DNA from: Vicugna vicugna | Lineage: Eukaryota | Assembly (NCBI GenBank): GCA_013265495.1 | Contig: MU058285.1 | Span: forward strand, 62,001 to 126,000 | DNA length: 64,000 bases | Direction of reading: 5' to 3' | In this document: positions 1-12,215 of the stretch, in pieces | Layout: each line of letters starts with the position of its first letter | How positions within the stretch are numbered: position 1 is the stretch's first letter | Program-made: the position numbers and the translations under genes | The notes under the pieces: model-generated | What the model saw: only the letters and a program-made list of their open reading frames with translations | Database searches by the model: none | What the model was told of the DNA's origin: nothing

Positions 1-269
1 CACAGGACATAGTTTGTAGATTGACTGGAAAATGAGATTGAGATTTATCTACTTTAGGTATGGTCTAAATAGCATTTTGGGAATCAACCAAGAGTAAAGG
101 ACAGTAGGATCGTATGGGGTACAAGAAATTAGAATAAGTAGGGGAACGTTGGGGGAAATAGAAAAAAATGGGAAATGAGAGAGAGTCAACAGGGTCCCAG
201 AAGATTAGGGTTGAAAGAGACATTAACAGGCATAGAAACAAATTTCCACCTCCTACCATTTCTTTTTTA

Positions 270-860
270 ACAGATCATAAGATCCGAGAGTTGGAGGGGA
301 ACTTAGCTATCTTATCCTTTAAATTTTCTGATCTCATAAAGCATCCTTACCAAAGGAATATCGAGTTGTTTTAGCTTGCTAGGGATGCAAAGTGCCACAG
401 GATGGATGGCTGATCCAACAAAAAGTTGTTTTTTCACTATTCTAGAGGCTAGAAAGCTGAGGTTGAGGCGTCAGCATGGCTGGTTTTCTTCCAAGGCTTC
501 TCTCCATGATTTTCGGATGGCCCTCTTCCTCCAGTGTCTTCGCATGGTCTCCCCTTTCCACCTGTTTGTCTCCTCATCTCCTCTTTTCATAAGGACACCA
601 GTCCTATTGGATTAGGGCTCACCCTAATGACCTCATGTTATTTCTTTAAAGAGCCGATCTCTAAATATAGTCACATTCTGAGGTATTGGGGTAAGAACTT
701 CAACATATGAATTTTGGGAGGACAGAATTCAGCCCATAACACTGGTCTCATTTCCATTATGGTGAGCTTTAATGATTAGACACATTTTTCTAATTTTATT
801 GAACCCTGAACCACCTCTGTGTAGCTTCTACTCAATGATTTCATCTCTACCACTTGTACA
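270..860 (-). mobile_element. Ancient CR1/L3-like LINE 3' fragment, interrupted by an MLT1B LTR
   Basis: catAAGATCCGAGAGTTGGAGGGGACTTAG (~277) and TTCCATTATGGTGAGCTTTAATGATTAGA...CCTCTGTGTAGCTTCTACTCAATG (750-840) resemble the reverse strand of the L3/MIR3 3' region. Heavily diverged. Confidence 0.45.
367..741 (-). mobile_element. MaLR solo LTR, MLT1B-like
   Basis: TG...CA termini. Contains GGACACCAGTCCTATTGGATTAGGGCTCACCCTAATGACCTC and CACATTCTGAGGTATTGGGG...CAACATATGAATTTTGGG...CAGCCCATAACA, typical of the MLT1B reverse strand. Confidence 0.88.
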
Positions 861-1940
861 ACGTCCATCTAGTGCTCTGGTTAACAGGTACGTGGGGAGG
901 AATTACTGTCATGAGGAAACAGTTTCACAGAACTGGGATAAAATGTGTTGAGGTCATAAGCAACTGACTTGGAATTTACATCCAAAATTTAGCTCTGATT
1001 ACATGTTGCAGGTATGTATTTTTTAAAGAACATATCTAATACATTCTCAATATGTTAGACCTTCCTGTCTCCACTGAATCTTCTATTGCTTTGAGTGATT
1101 TTTAGGTAAAGGAGTTCCTTGATGTTTAGAATTTATCTCAAGATATGTCTGAATATGAAAAAGTAAAAAAAACCACAGACTTTTCTTGTTCGTGTGGCTT
1201 TCTTTTATAGGTTTATATTAAGTTCTTAAAATGGCATTCTGAATCAGTCTGGAGTGCTCTCATAGGTATATTTACATTAGTATATTCAGAACTTGGATCA
1301 ACCTCTGCCTCTAATTTTGTAAGATAGTTAGACATTCAATATTTAACTAATTTTCCTCTGACTCATTTCACTTTTCCCTTGATCTCCCCAGTCTGTTTTT
1401 CTCTCTGATTTCCCCCTTTTCACCTCCTTTGTAATTTGTCTTTCTTTAGTTAAGTTACCTTGATGTTTGGCTTTAGGTTTAACATTGAATCTTCCTTTTT
1501 GATGAGTCTGTGAGATAGATTTGAAACATGACATAAAACACATCAAAAAAAGATGAGTTCATTAATGTTCATTCAAATACATGCTGGACATGTAGCCAGG
1601 CAACAGCTTCTTCTGGCTTAATGAGAAAAACAACCCAGAGTTTTTGTTTTAAGTAAAGTAAAATGTTGAGGATAACATCCTCATAAAATGCTGCACTAGT
1701 TGGCTGAAGAAAATATAATATAATTTAAAATATTTCTCTTTTTTAAACCTCTTGTTAGCAAAATGCTCTTGCAATTAGAAAGAAGTAAATGAACTCATTC
1801 TTCCATCATTAATTTGTTAACACCTTTTTTAATGATGGAAACTAAGGATGGTCGCATCTAGTAAAATCATAAGGCTCAAATGAAAAGCATCACTACAATG
1901 GTGCAACATTCTTACCTTCTGGGAAAGAAGATAGAGGACT

Positions 1941-2135
1941 AATACTTTTGAGCACGTAATGTGAACCACCCCTGAGCTGTTCTGTTACACCCAGAACATT
2001 ATGTTCTTACAACATTGCCGTAATCAGTAGCCCATGTTACACATAAAGAAATGTGAAGTAACTTGCTTAAACCCTAGAAATAACAGATGGCCAGGCTTCA
2101 GTCTGTCTTGTTCCAAAGTCAGCCCTCTTTCCATA
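1941..2135 (-). mobile_element. MIR SINE (degraded)
   Basis: CCCATGTTACACATAAAGAAATGTGAAGTAACTTGCTTAA and TCTGTCTTGTTCCAAAGTCAGCCCTCTTTCCA resemble the MIR core and head. Confidence 0.6.
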
Positions 2136-3881
2136 AAACAACTTATCTCCAGTTTACTTGATAAATAATAAATATTTTTATTATTCTTGTGCATGACTAT
2201 TCACACAATTTTTATCAGTAAAGGTAATGCCAAAAAAATGGCAATTTCCATAAAAAGGAATGACTGAGATGATTTTAATGCAGATGTAACAATATTCTTG
2301 AGAGTTATTTTTGTAATGTTTAGAAATTAAAGCAAAATTTATAAGAAAAAGTACTGAAAAAATCTAGGTAAAAATGAAGATAAATTACAGAGGAAAAATT
2401 AATTTACATGTAATAGAATTCTATTATTTTCTAAGCTGAATGAGAATCTTTCTCTCAGTACAGAAAACTAATAAATGTCATGTCTAAAGTAGCATTTACT
2501 AAATCAAGAATTTGGAGCAAGATGATTTAAGCAAATGATAAGATTCTTCAGTGGCCACTGAGGCCAGTTCATTTCCATAAGAGATTCCTTGAGCCAAAGC
2601 TGGATTTTTTTCTAAGTTCTGGGCCAGCCAAGTCTTAGGCTTTTCTGTCCCTGAGTTAATTGATATGATGTAATTGATTTCTTAGCCAGAAGCCAAGATT
2701 ACTTCCAAGTCAGGAGAAAGACTCATGATCTTGTTCAAACTAATTTATATATCAGAGCTATTACTTTTTCAGTGGACTAAGGACTGAGAGCTTTGAGTTT
2801 CTATAGTAGGTTTGTAACTACCTTCACAAACAGACCTAAAAGGCATCTTACCTGTGTCTCAGTATTTTCATCTCTATAATGGGCATATTTCTCTAAGGAA
2901 TGTCTTCTGATCTTTAAAACTATTGAATGTAGAATTGCTAAGGGAGCAATTTGGGATAAATTCTTAGAGATAAAAATTAAGGAAGGGAAGTAAATGGGTA
3001 GAGAGAGACAAAGACAGAAAGAGAGAGAGAAAAAGAGAGAAGTAACGGATGAGTTTCAAAAGGAATTTCTCCATCAAAACAGGGATTGGCACTTTTCACT
3101 TAAATGATTTTTTCTTCGTGAAATTAAAAACATTTTACTATTTTCAGAAGCTACCGTCAGAACACTAAATAATCAGAGAAGGTGGCTTAAAATTTATGAA
3201 AAATGTTTCTGGGGACAGAAGGCAGGTGATATACAGAGGTCAGTTTTAGGAATAATACAGCAGATTAATCAACACCCTGATAGTCTTTAGCTCAGCTAGG
3301 CAGACAAGTCCAGGATGATCCTTGTTCTTCTTGATCAGGCTGAACCTTAACAGGGAAAACTCTGAATCCAGTCTCAACAAGAGTGCAACCAGAGCCTTGA
3401 AGGGTACTCTGTAAGCACAAAGGCATGAAGTGCTTGAAACATCAAAACCAGAAATTACTTGAATCTAATTTTCAGGTGTACAAAAGGCCAGCGTAACATG
3501 AGCACTACAAGAAATGGAAAAAGTGAGATGTGCCGCAGAATTTTGGATGGACTTTAAGCATGTGATGGATGAATGGAGCAGGGCAGCCAAGGAGCTGTTA
3601 AGTGAGGACTGAAGCCGGAGCCAGAACCTTGGCAGCCAGCAAGTGAAACCATCAGCAGATTTTGAAAAGATTAAACAGATCACCGTGAGAGGATCACTCT
3701 GGTGATAAGGTTTCCCCAACAACTTGGGACACACTGGATTACTCACATCCAGGATGTTGAAATGCAGAGGAAGGAGACAATCTGCAAGTCACATATTGTT
3801 ATTATTATTTGTTTGTTTCTGTTGTTGTAATTTTGTAATTAAGAGACATTTCTCTGCTAAGGATCACTTTTCTTAGCTCTG

Positions 3882-4365
3882 CAGGCTACAAAATTAAAAT
3901 GAAATTCTTAGCATGTCATCATAAGCCCTACGTGATCTGGCTGGCTCTGACCTGCCTTCCAAATTCTTTGTTTGACTACCACTGTTCTCTGTTACCTTTC
4001 ACGACATTGACCTAGCCACTGCTCACTGGAAAAGTCCAGTCACTGTCCACCTCTGAGACTTTCTTAGAGCACTTATTTTATCACGTCTTCCTCTGTTTCT
4101 TTTTGCCTAGATTCTAATCACCATCTGAGACCTCTGGCATCAAATCTCCCTTCATTCTTCCCCAAAGAAATGATCCAACATCCTTGGTTCAATTGCAAGA
4201 CTTTGGTTTCTGATTATAGCACCTTAGAGATGATCCCAGCGTTATTTCCTGCTGACAGACTTTGCACAGCTGTCAGTCTCTCCAGATGGGCTGTATTTTG
4301 CTGAAGGCATGACTTGTCTTGTTTATCTCTCCAGCCCCAAATGCATAATAAGCATGTCTGTCTGA
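3882..4365 (+). mobile_element. LINE-2 3' fragment
   Basis: AAATTCTTAGCATGTCATCATAAGCCCTACGTGATCTGGC ... TTGTCTTGTTTATCTCTCCAGCCCC...AGCATGTCTG match L2 3' motifs. Confidence 0.6.
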
Positions 4366-5101
4366 TTTTTGCTTCTATTGATGTGGAAGACTTTTGGTTT
4401 AGGAGATGACAGCTGAAATTGGAAGAACAAGAAGCTAGGGTTACTATTATGGCTTTGATTTGTCATGCTATAATCGTAGCGTGTGGCAAAATATTAAGCA
4501 TACATGGTGATATCAACTTTTCCAAAGCCTTAAAAGACAGATGAGGGCATATGCATGGGTGTGCAATCCAAAACATTGAACTAAGCCTTTTTATTGATAT
4601 TTTCTACAGTAAAAGTTATTGTTTAAAGCCTAAAATGAGCTGAGCAAAACAGATTGATGGAGTGTTATTCCTGCGCCTGTTTCTACCCTGATTATGTGAA
4701 TTTAGGTAAGCCATCAAACTTTCTGAGATTTACTTTCTTTGGCGATGGAAAAAAGGTGTTGCAACAGAGGGGATCTCCAAGCTACAGCTCAGCTTTACAG
4801 CTTCGCAATTCTGTTATATTCCATGCTGATAAAAGTAGCAGCTTAAGATTTTTACTCACTTTCTTGGTTTGTGTATCATGTATACACTTGTGTGTATCAT
4901 CTCTGGTTAGAGGGGTTTGGTTAGGAAGAACAACGGCGGACAGGACATGTGGAGAGTAACCACCAGGCCCCACCTAATAGTTCTCAGCGGAATGAGGGTC
5001 ATCCCTGAGTATTCAAGGCATTGACTGAAAGAGGCATTTAAGGTGCCCAAGCTGGCTAAGGGAAAGTGCTCTCACCTGGCACTGGGGCAGCTTGAGTGTT
5101 C

Positions 5102-5503
5102 TGTCTTAGTTCAGGCTGCCGTGAAAATATAATAAACTGAGTGGCTCAAACAACAGACATGTGTTTCTTACAGTTATGGAGGCTGAGAAGTCCAAGATCA
5201 AGGTGCTGGCGGATTCCACTCCTGGTGAGAGCTCTCTTTCTGCCTTACAAATGGCCCCTTCTTGCAGTGCCCTTTATGGTGAGGGGAGAGAGAGAGAGAG
5301 TGGAAAGAGATGGAGAGAGGGGGGATATCTCTGGTCTCTCTTCCTCTTCTTGTAAGGGCACTAATCCCATCTTTGGAGCCCCACCCCATGACCTCATCTA
5401 ACCCAGTTCCCTCCCAACGGCCAGATTTCCAAATGTCATCACAATGGGTGTTAGGTCTTCAACACATGCATTTGAGGGGAACACAAACATTCAGTCCATA
5501 ACA
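5102..5503 (-). mobile_element. MaLR solo LTR, MLT1A/MLT1A0-like
   Basis: Starts TGTCTTAGTTCAGGCTGC, contains CAGTTATGGAGGCTGAGAAGTCCAAGATCAAGGTGCTGGC and AAGGGCACTAATCCCAT, and ends ACAAACATTCAGTCCATAACA. Confidence 0.92.
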
Positions 5504-5855
5504 TTTCATGATCACTTCCTTAAGATAAGTCTGAGTCCCAGGGCCCGAGGGTTGTAATTAAGACAAAGAAAAACCAGATCACTGAGGAAGTCTGGTGGGG
5601 AGCCAAGAGTTCAGGGTGAAGCTGCAGCATCTGTCTTGCAGACGGCAGTAAGGATGGCTGCAGCAGCTTCTCCAACAGGGCTAGCCCCATACAATCTTGA
5701 GATTGGTTGCTTTGGGGCAATGACCAGTGAGTCAAGATGTCAAACAGGAAGGTGGAGGCAGACTGTAGTTCTGAGACTCTGCATTCAACTTCCCCACTTT
5801 GAGCCAGAGATTCAGCAACTCTGCAACAAATGTGCAGCACCAGTGAGCAAAGCAA

Positions 5856-6262
5856 AAGGAAAATCAGTGTTATTTTTGATCCACTTTTTAATCAACTCAT
5901 TATATTTTTCTCCTGCTCTATTGTTCATCTGCTAGTAGCACTTCAGATGATGGATGAGAAACATTTTTGGGGATGATTTTAAGGCTGATTTTGACTCTAA
6001 TTTTCTGTATCTTTAAATACAAATAGAATTTACTAGAAGAGAAGAGGAGTGAAATAAAAAGGTAACAGTTGGACTTCTGGCAGCATAATTAAATTTACTA
6101 GAGCTGTGAAATTCTGTCTTTACAAGTGAGGCAGAGTGAAGGGGGAGGTGAGTTAAAGCAAGGCTGAATATAAGAGTATGGCCTTGTGTACAGCACACCC
6201 TAAAACTTGATGGTTCTTTATTTCTGTATTCAGCAAGATGTACTTAGTTGGAACATGAGTTT
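5856..6262 (+). repeat. Local direct duplication, copy 1 (partner at ~7297-7727)
   Basis: Collinear similarity with 7297-7727. Identical 35-bp core GGCAGCATAATTAAATTTACTAGAGCTGTGAAATT at 6079-6113. Confidence 0.9.
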
Positions 6263-6945
6263 TAAAAGATTTTTTAAAAAGAAATCCCTTATTTATGTCC
6301 TTGAAACATAAAAAGACCTCACTTTGGAGGAAAAGAAAATACCTTGAATAATATGCCAAGCTTATAGTATGTATGTTTACAAAACTGAAGAAAATAAACA
6401 GAATTCCAAGAGATTGAAGACGTAAGAAAAGCTCACCCTTCCCCCACAACAATGCAGTGTTGTTGTATTTTTATTCTTGGTCCCGTCTCTGACTTGATTT
6501 GTGAGTTACTGTTGGTTAAAGACTTCAGATGTCCTGGACACCCAGAAGTTGTTTCCATTTTCTATAGTCAGCATGTGAAATCTTATTTAAAGCCCACATT
6601 TCACTTTTAAATATTGCCCCATTTCAGTTCTACAGAGGTCAGATTTCAACCCAACTCCTTGGATTTTCAAGCCTGGAAACCTTTGAACAAGCTCTGTTTC
6701 TATTTCCATCTCCTGAAAAAGTTGTCTCTGCAGACAGAGGTTTGGCTTCTGCATACTTCCTTCACATATTATATATTACTTATGGAACCTGGAGAAACTT
6801 AAAAGCCTCATAGATGGAAAACATGGAAAGGGTAAGAATCCGTGGATATCTGCATTCAGATGTTCAATTTCTTCATTCATGAAATTAAAATTTAGAAATT
6901 AAAACTCAAAGGCAGATGTTTTAAAGAGGGTTAGAACAAAATGCA

Positions 6946-7136
6946 TTTATTTATTTTCATTGAAATATAGTTGACATACAATATTATGTTAGTTTGAGTT
7001 GTACGACACAGCGCCTCAACATTTACATATATTATGAAATGTTCACCATAACAGTAACAGTAACCATCTGTCCCCATACAAAGTTAACACACTTTATTGA
7101 TCACATTTCTTATGCTCTGTATTCCATCTCCGTGGG
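6946..7136 (-). mobile_element. LINE-1 3' end (L1MA9-related Laurasiatherian type), 5'-truncated
   Basis: T-rich tail, then ATTGAAATATAGTTGACATACAATATTATGTTAGTTT...AACCATCTGTCCCCATACAAAG...TATGCTCTGTATTCCATCTCCGTG. Confidence 0.8.
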
Positions 7137-7296
7137 TCGGCTAGCTAGTGGTAAAATACTGGATACAAAACTTCCAGAGTCCAGATTTTCTCATAGTTGA
7201 ATAGGCATTTCAATGTATCACAGATCTTATTCAGTGTGCTGCATGATCTGGTAAACTGAGAGAACGCTCTGGAAAAGTTAATCATGCTTATGTTTG

Positions 7297-7727
7297 GAAA
7301 TGAAAGCAGCGTTATCAAGTATTTCAAAGATTTTATTCAATTTTTTTAAAAAATGCATAATTCAATTTCTATTTCCTGTCTTTATTAAGTTTTACTACAT
7401 AGTTTTCGTTTAGGGATGATTAATGATAATAAAACATTATAAGAATGATTCTGAAGCCTCTTCCAGCTCTCATTTTCTATGTCTTTAACTACAAATAGAA
7501 TTTAATTAAAGAGAAGAGGAGTAAAAAGGGAACAGTTGTGCTTTGGGCAGCATAATTAAATTTACTAGAGCTGTGAAATTTTGTATTTACAAGTTGGGCA
7601 GGGTAGTAAGAGAGGTGAATTAAGGTAAGGCTGCATATGAGAGAGCTGCCTTGTATACACGACATTCTAAAATCTAATAGATCATACTTCTATATTAAGC
7701 AAAATGCACTTATTTGGAAAATGATTT
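7297..7727 (+). repeat. Local direct duplication, copy 2
   Basis: Identical 35-bp core at 7546-7580. Shared flanks TACAAATAGAATTTA, AAGAGAAGAGGAGT, AAGGCTG.ATAT and ACTTA.TTGGAA.ATGA. Confidence 0.9.
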
Positions 7728-7999
7728 CCCAATTCCTTCTATTTATTACTTCTCTTCCTTACACTTTCTATTATTGGTGTATATATATATATGTGTGTGT
7801 ATATATAAAATGTGTGAGTGTATATATATACACACCTTAGATACATTATCTAGCTTTTATATATTATCTATCTCCTAGCATTTTTAATAACAAAACATTT
7901 AAGGTTATTAATTTGATTTTAAGAAAAATCTTTGACCATATATTCTGTTCTAAATCTAAAAATCCTATAATTGCTGCATAATTTCTTATTTCCTCCAAA

Positions 8000-9230
8000 A
8001 GTTCTTTATGCACAATTTCCTTATTCTTTAAAATTTAATTTTTCGAGAAGCTAGTCTTCTATATTCTAATTTATTTTTACCTACTTCTTCTGTGTACTGC
8101 TATTTCATTTTTATTGGTATTTCTTGTATTTCTAAAACATTTTGTTTTTTGTTCAATTTTAATGCTATATTATCCATAAAAGTTGATCACTCATGTAGAT
8201 GTGTTTGTAGATTTTATATAAAATAATATTAAAAAATCTCACCTTTCCCTATTTCATCTGAATCCTACTTTACCAGCTATTCCTTTTGAGATTTCTGTTT
8301 TATTTGATTGTGTATGTTTGTCATATGTATTTTCATAATCTTTTACTTTTAAACTTTCCAAGGGACTTATTTTAGGTTGTCTGTTTTAAAAAACATATGG
8401 TTAGATTTTTCTCTGGGGGCAGAGGGGTGGTGCTCATTTTAAGAGTCCTTATCTTTTGATAGAGGGATTAAAACGTCTGTATACATTGTGTTAAAAGATT
8501 AATCAGTTTTTCCTGAAATCAACTTGTGCATGATTTCTATACTTCTTTTGTGTTCCCTGTGTTTTGTGTCTTTTATGAGCTGGGTTTTTCTTTCTTTCTC
8601 TTTTAAAGTTTCCCATTAGTAACGTAAATGAAATAAATGTTTTGTTTCTACTCTTTGCTACCCTTAAATGTTTGAAAAAAATACTGCACTAATCTTTCAC
8701 TTATCGGATTTTTATTTCATTTATAATTTGAGGATGTTATCGTCCTTGTATTTCTCATCTGTTTTTCCTGTTCTTGTTAATGTAATCTCATATTTGAAAT
8801 GAAGTTTTTTATTAAATTATTGAATTTTGCAATTTATGTCTACTCACAATTTTTAAAAACATTTGAATAATTTTATAATTATATTCACAGAAATTACTTA
8901 GTTTTAATTCCATAATTAAGTGACTTTCATGTTCAGTACATCTTTGAGAAATATTTTCAACTTAGGTCCACCTTTCTTAATCCTTATATATATGAAAATG
9001 CTTATCCTTCTTTTCAAAAATTAAAAATAAAAAACATAATCTCTGGGTAAAAAAATATTGTTTTATAAACATTTTCACTTAAAACTTCTTAGTGATCAGT
9101 TTCAATTTTTTATATAGTAAAAAGTAAATAAGAAGCACCTTCTTTTTTTTATTAATATTTTGTATTTTTCTGGCCCAGATGCCCATTTATTTATTTTCCT
9201 CGAAATAGTAATAAAATCATTAGATTAAGA
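8000..9230 (-). mobile_element. Very old L1M (L1ME/M5-like) internal fragment
   Basis: Extremely T-rich, with motifs such as TATTTTCATAATCTTTTACTTTTAAACTTTC...TTTTAGGTTGTCTGTTTTAAAAAACATATGGTTAGATTTT resembling the antisense L1M ORF1/ORF2 region. Boundaries vague. Confidence 0.45.
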
Positions 9231-9400
9231 ATGGGATACTGAATAGACTATGAAATAATTAATAATAATAATAATAATAATTAATACTTAAGTAGAATTG
9301 TGTTTAGCCAGATGACCTTAATCAAAAGCCTGAAAATATATTAAATGAAGTCCAATGGAAGTGATACCTGGGAAGAGCAATGAAGAAAAAATATCTGGCA

Positions 9401-9548
9401 GGAGGGGATAGCTCAGTGGTAGAGTGTGTGTTTAGCATGCAGGAGGTCCAGGGTTCAATCCCCAGTACCTCCATTAAAATAAATAAATTAATAAATAATA
9501 AATCTGATCACCTCCAAAACAAACAAATAAACAAAATTAAAAAAAAAA
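9401..9548 (+). mobile_element. Vic-1-type camelid tRNA-derived SINE
   Basis: GGAGGGGATAGCTCAGTGGTAGAG (A box) ... GGTTCAATCCCCAGTACCTCCATTAAAATAAATAAA (B box and AT-rich body), with an A-rich tail. Confidence 0.92.
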
Positions 9549-10507
9549 TTGGGGTTTTCTTCCTTGAAGTGTTTGTGCACTCTTGAGTGCAACAGGTATG
9601 GAATCCCGTGTGCTAGGCTGTGTGCCAGGTGCTGGCTCTGTGTTCTTTTGCTTGGAAAGTTAATAGCATAGTAGAGAAAGACACACATTCAAACAAGTGT
9701 GAAAAAAAAGTAAAAATACTGCCAGTGTGATAATAAAAGCCTACCCAGGATCTTATTAGACCAAAAAAGAAAGAGCACATTCAGTTCTGAGCCAGCAGGT
9801 GATGAGTCTCCGGGAAACCAGTGACTACGCCTGAGGCTTATGCCCCAGGCTCATCTCCTTAGAGCAATGATGGTCCTGCTGATGCCTGTTGCTTCAAAAA
9901 TAAAGTCAGGAATGTCTGTGCTCCAGGGATTTAATCAACGTGATACCATGGTTGAGGGGTTGGGTGACACAATTAGGGAAAACATGTTTTTCTTTTTGTT
10001 GGAAACAAATTGTATCCAAATTTCAAAAGGCAGAAAGGACAAACGAAGAGAGGATTCATGTTCACCATGTGAAACCACAAATAAAGTAAATTTAAAACGT
10101 TTGTTTTACAATAACTTTTTGCTTTATTTAATTTTTACAGTAAAAATCTGCCAATTATAAGAAAATATTTATTGGAATTAGCGAGAGGAGAAAAATGTCT
10201 CCTTGAAGTGTGTGTCAGTGAAAAAGGACTCAACTGAACATCACCTAGATGAGCTCACACAAGTCAGAAAGAAGGTGCACTGATGGACTGATTCCATCCT
10301 CAGAAGCATAGGTGAAAGTAGACAAATGATGGCCTGATAATTTAAAATCTGAAATTATTCTTCTTGCTTTTTAAAACATTATTCCCAATTAACCAGTCCC
10401 AAAGTTAAACCACATGCAAGCATCTATCCCTTTGTTGCAACTTCTCCGCTCCAAACCGGGTCAATGATTCGGCACTTTCACATTATCATCGGTTTTCTGT
10501 TCTGGCT

Positions 10508-10688
10508 GTGCGTTCCCAAGACCTGGGAAGCTTTGTAAACATTGAAGCCTACTCCCCAACCCACTTCCAAAAGCAAACAAACAAAAGATTTTAAGTGAAC
10601 AGGTCTGTTCTTGGACCTAGTAAGGGTATTTTAAAAAAATCCTTCTATGAGGCTGCAATGTACAGCCACTGATCTATTGAGAACTACT
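10508..10688. mobile_element. MER5-like hAT-Charlie MITE
   Basis: ACCTGGGAAGCTTTGTAAACATTGAAGCCT...AGATTTTAAGTGAACAGGTCTG...GTATTTTAAAAAAATCCTTC...TGCAATGTACAGCC...TTGAGAACTACT. Confidence 0.55.
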
Positions 10689-12059
10689 AACATTTAGAAA
10701 GGAATTGAATTCTTCCAAGAAAAAAGGAAGAAGGATGGTGATCTGATGTAATTTTACAATTATTTTTTATCATTGAGTTATGACTATCACTATTACTACT
10801 ACCAGTCTATAAATAATATTAGTACCTCTTTTGTACTTAAAGACTGTGAAGGGATATTAAATTCTATAAAATGTGATGGGGTGTTTTTTTGTTGTTGTTG
10901 GTTTCTTCAGGGAACTTGTATATATCATGGAATAAATCTGAAAAAACCTTTTATACTACTGTTCTATTCTGGGTTAAGAGAGTAGAATGTTTAAAGTACC
11001 ATTGCTCTACAGTAGTTCATTTAGTTCAGTGAGTAGGACTAGGTTGATTGAATGCCACAGAGGCAGAAGGGGGCATTTCAGCTAGACTTTATTGTTTAGA
11101 ATTTCCTAAGGAGAAAAAAAGGAATTGAAGGGAGAGGGTGAGTAACTGGCATTGAAGAAACGCCAACACAGGTGTTGTATCCATTTTACTAAAGGGGGAA
11201 ATGGAGGTTTAGACTAATAAGATGCTTACCAAAGACTGTATTTGCTGTCAGACCCAATATTCCTCCCCTTCCTTTTTTAAAATAAATTCTTGTTTTAGTA
11301 GTCTTTTCACTGTACTATGTCACCTAAGGACTGGGCACCTCCCAGGTCTCAGAAATCTTTTCTCTTCTTGCTAAATTTTCTAGTCTTAAAAATATATACA
11401 TACATATATACATACATACATACATACTTTTTTTAAAAGAAAAATATTTTAAGGAAATAAGGAAATACAGAGAAGTAGATGGCATTTTATAGGGACATAC
11501 TGGTCTTGCTAAGATACTCAGTTTAAACAACAATTCAATAATTAATCAATATTACTGGTTTTTTTTAAAGAAAATAAATAGCAGCTTATTGGGAAATAAC
11601 TTGCAGTTGGGGAGCCATAGCTTACTTTATGCTGCTTAGAATTGTGCTTACACAAGAGAGTATATAATATACTTAAAATCTTTATGTAGGGAGACATCTC
11701 TTTAAATTCCCTTTTCTTTATAACTTCTTATGCAGTGAATTGATATTATTTAGGTCTGTGAACAAACCGTAGGAGAAATTAGCTTAGAACTGATTTTAGT
11801 GCCAGATTCTACAATGAACTTGTTTACAAGGAATCATATTTTGAATTTATTTTTTGACTTTTAAAAATTTGCCCAGTGTTTTTGGAGTAGATTAACTCTT
11901 TGAAGGAACAAAGGCATCGATTTACTTGAGATGAGAAAGAAAATTAGAATAGAAATGATCATGATTACAGAATTAGCTGGGGAGTATTTGAAATGAAGTG
12001 CATGTACTTTGGATAAATACATTCTGAGGAGTGAGCTTTGCAGCTGATCTTTTGATGGT

Positions 12060-12215
12060 ATGTGGGTTTAAATTTCAGATTCATTACTCTCTGTGTGAAC
12101 CTGGGTGAGCACTTAAAATATCTAAACCTATCTCCTCATTATTAATGAGAATTATATATGGTTATTCTGAGGATTTGTATCCATGCCCAGCACATAGTTA
12201 GAACATAGGAAAGAT
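12060..12215 (+). mobile_element. MIR SINE (degraded)
   Basis: GGGTTTAAATTTCAGATTCATTACTCTCTGTGTGAACCTGGGTGAGCACTTAA ... GGTTATTCTGAGGATT ... TGCCCAGCACATAGT. Confidence 0.65.

Noticed and set aside
3148..3225. Possible 78-nt symmetric coding exon (ATVRTLNNQRRWLKIYEKCFWGQKA)
   Set aside because: The acceptor is plausible but the donor GTGATA is weak, the peptide is unrecognised and there are no partner exons. Expected by chance in 64 kb.
9401..9472. tRNA-Ala-like gene
   Set aside because: The tRNA-like head runs into the AT-rich SINE body and tail and recurs six times, so it is a SINE rather than a tRNA gene.
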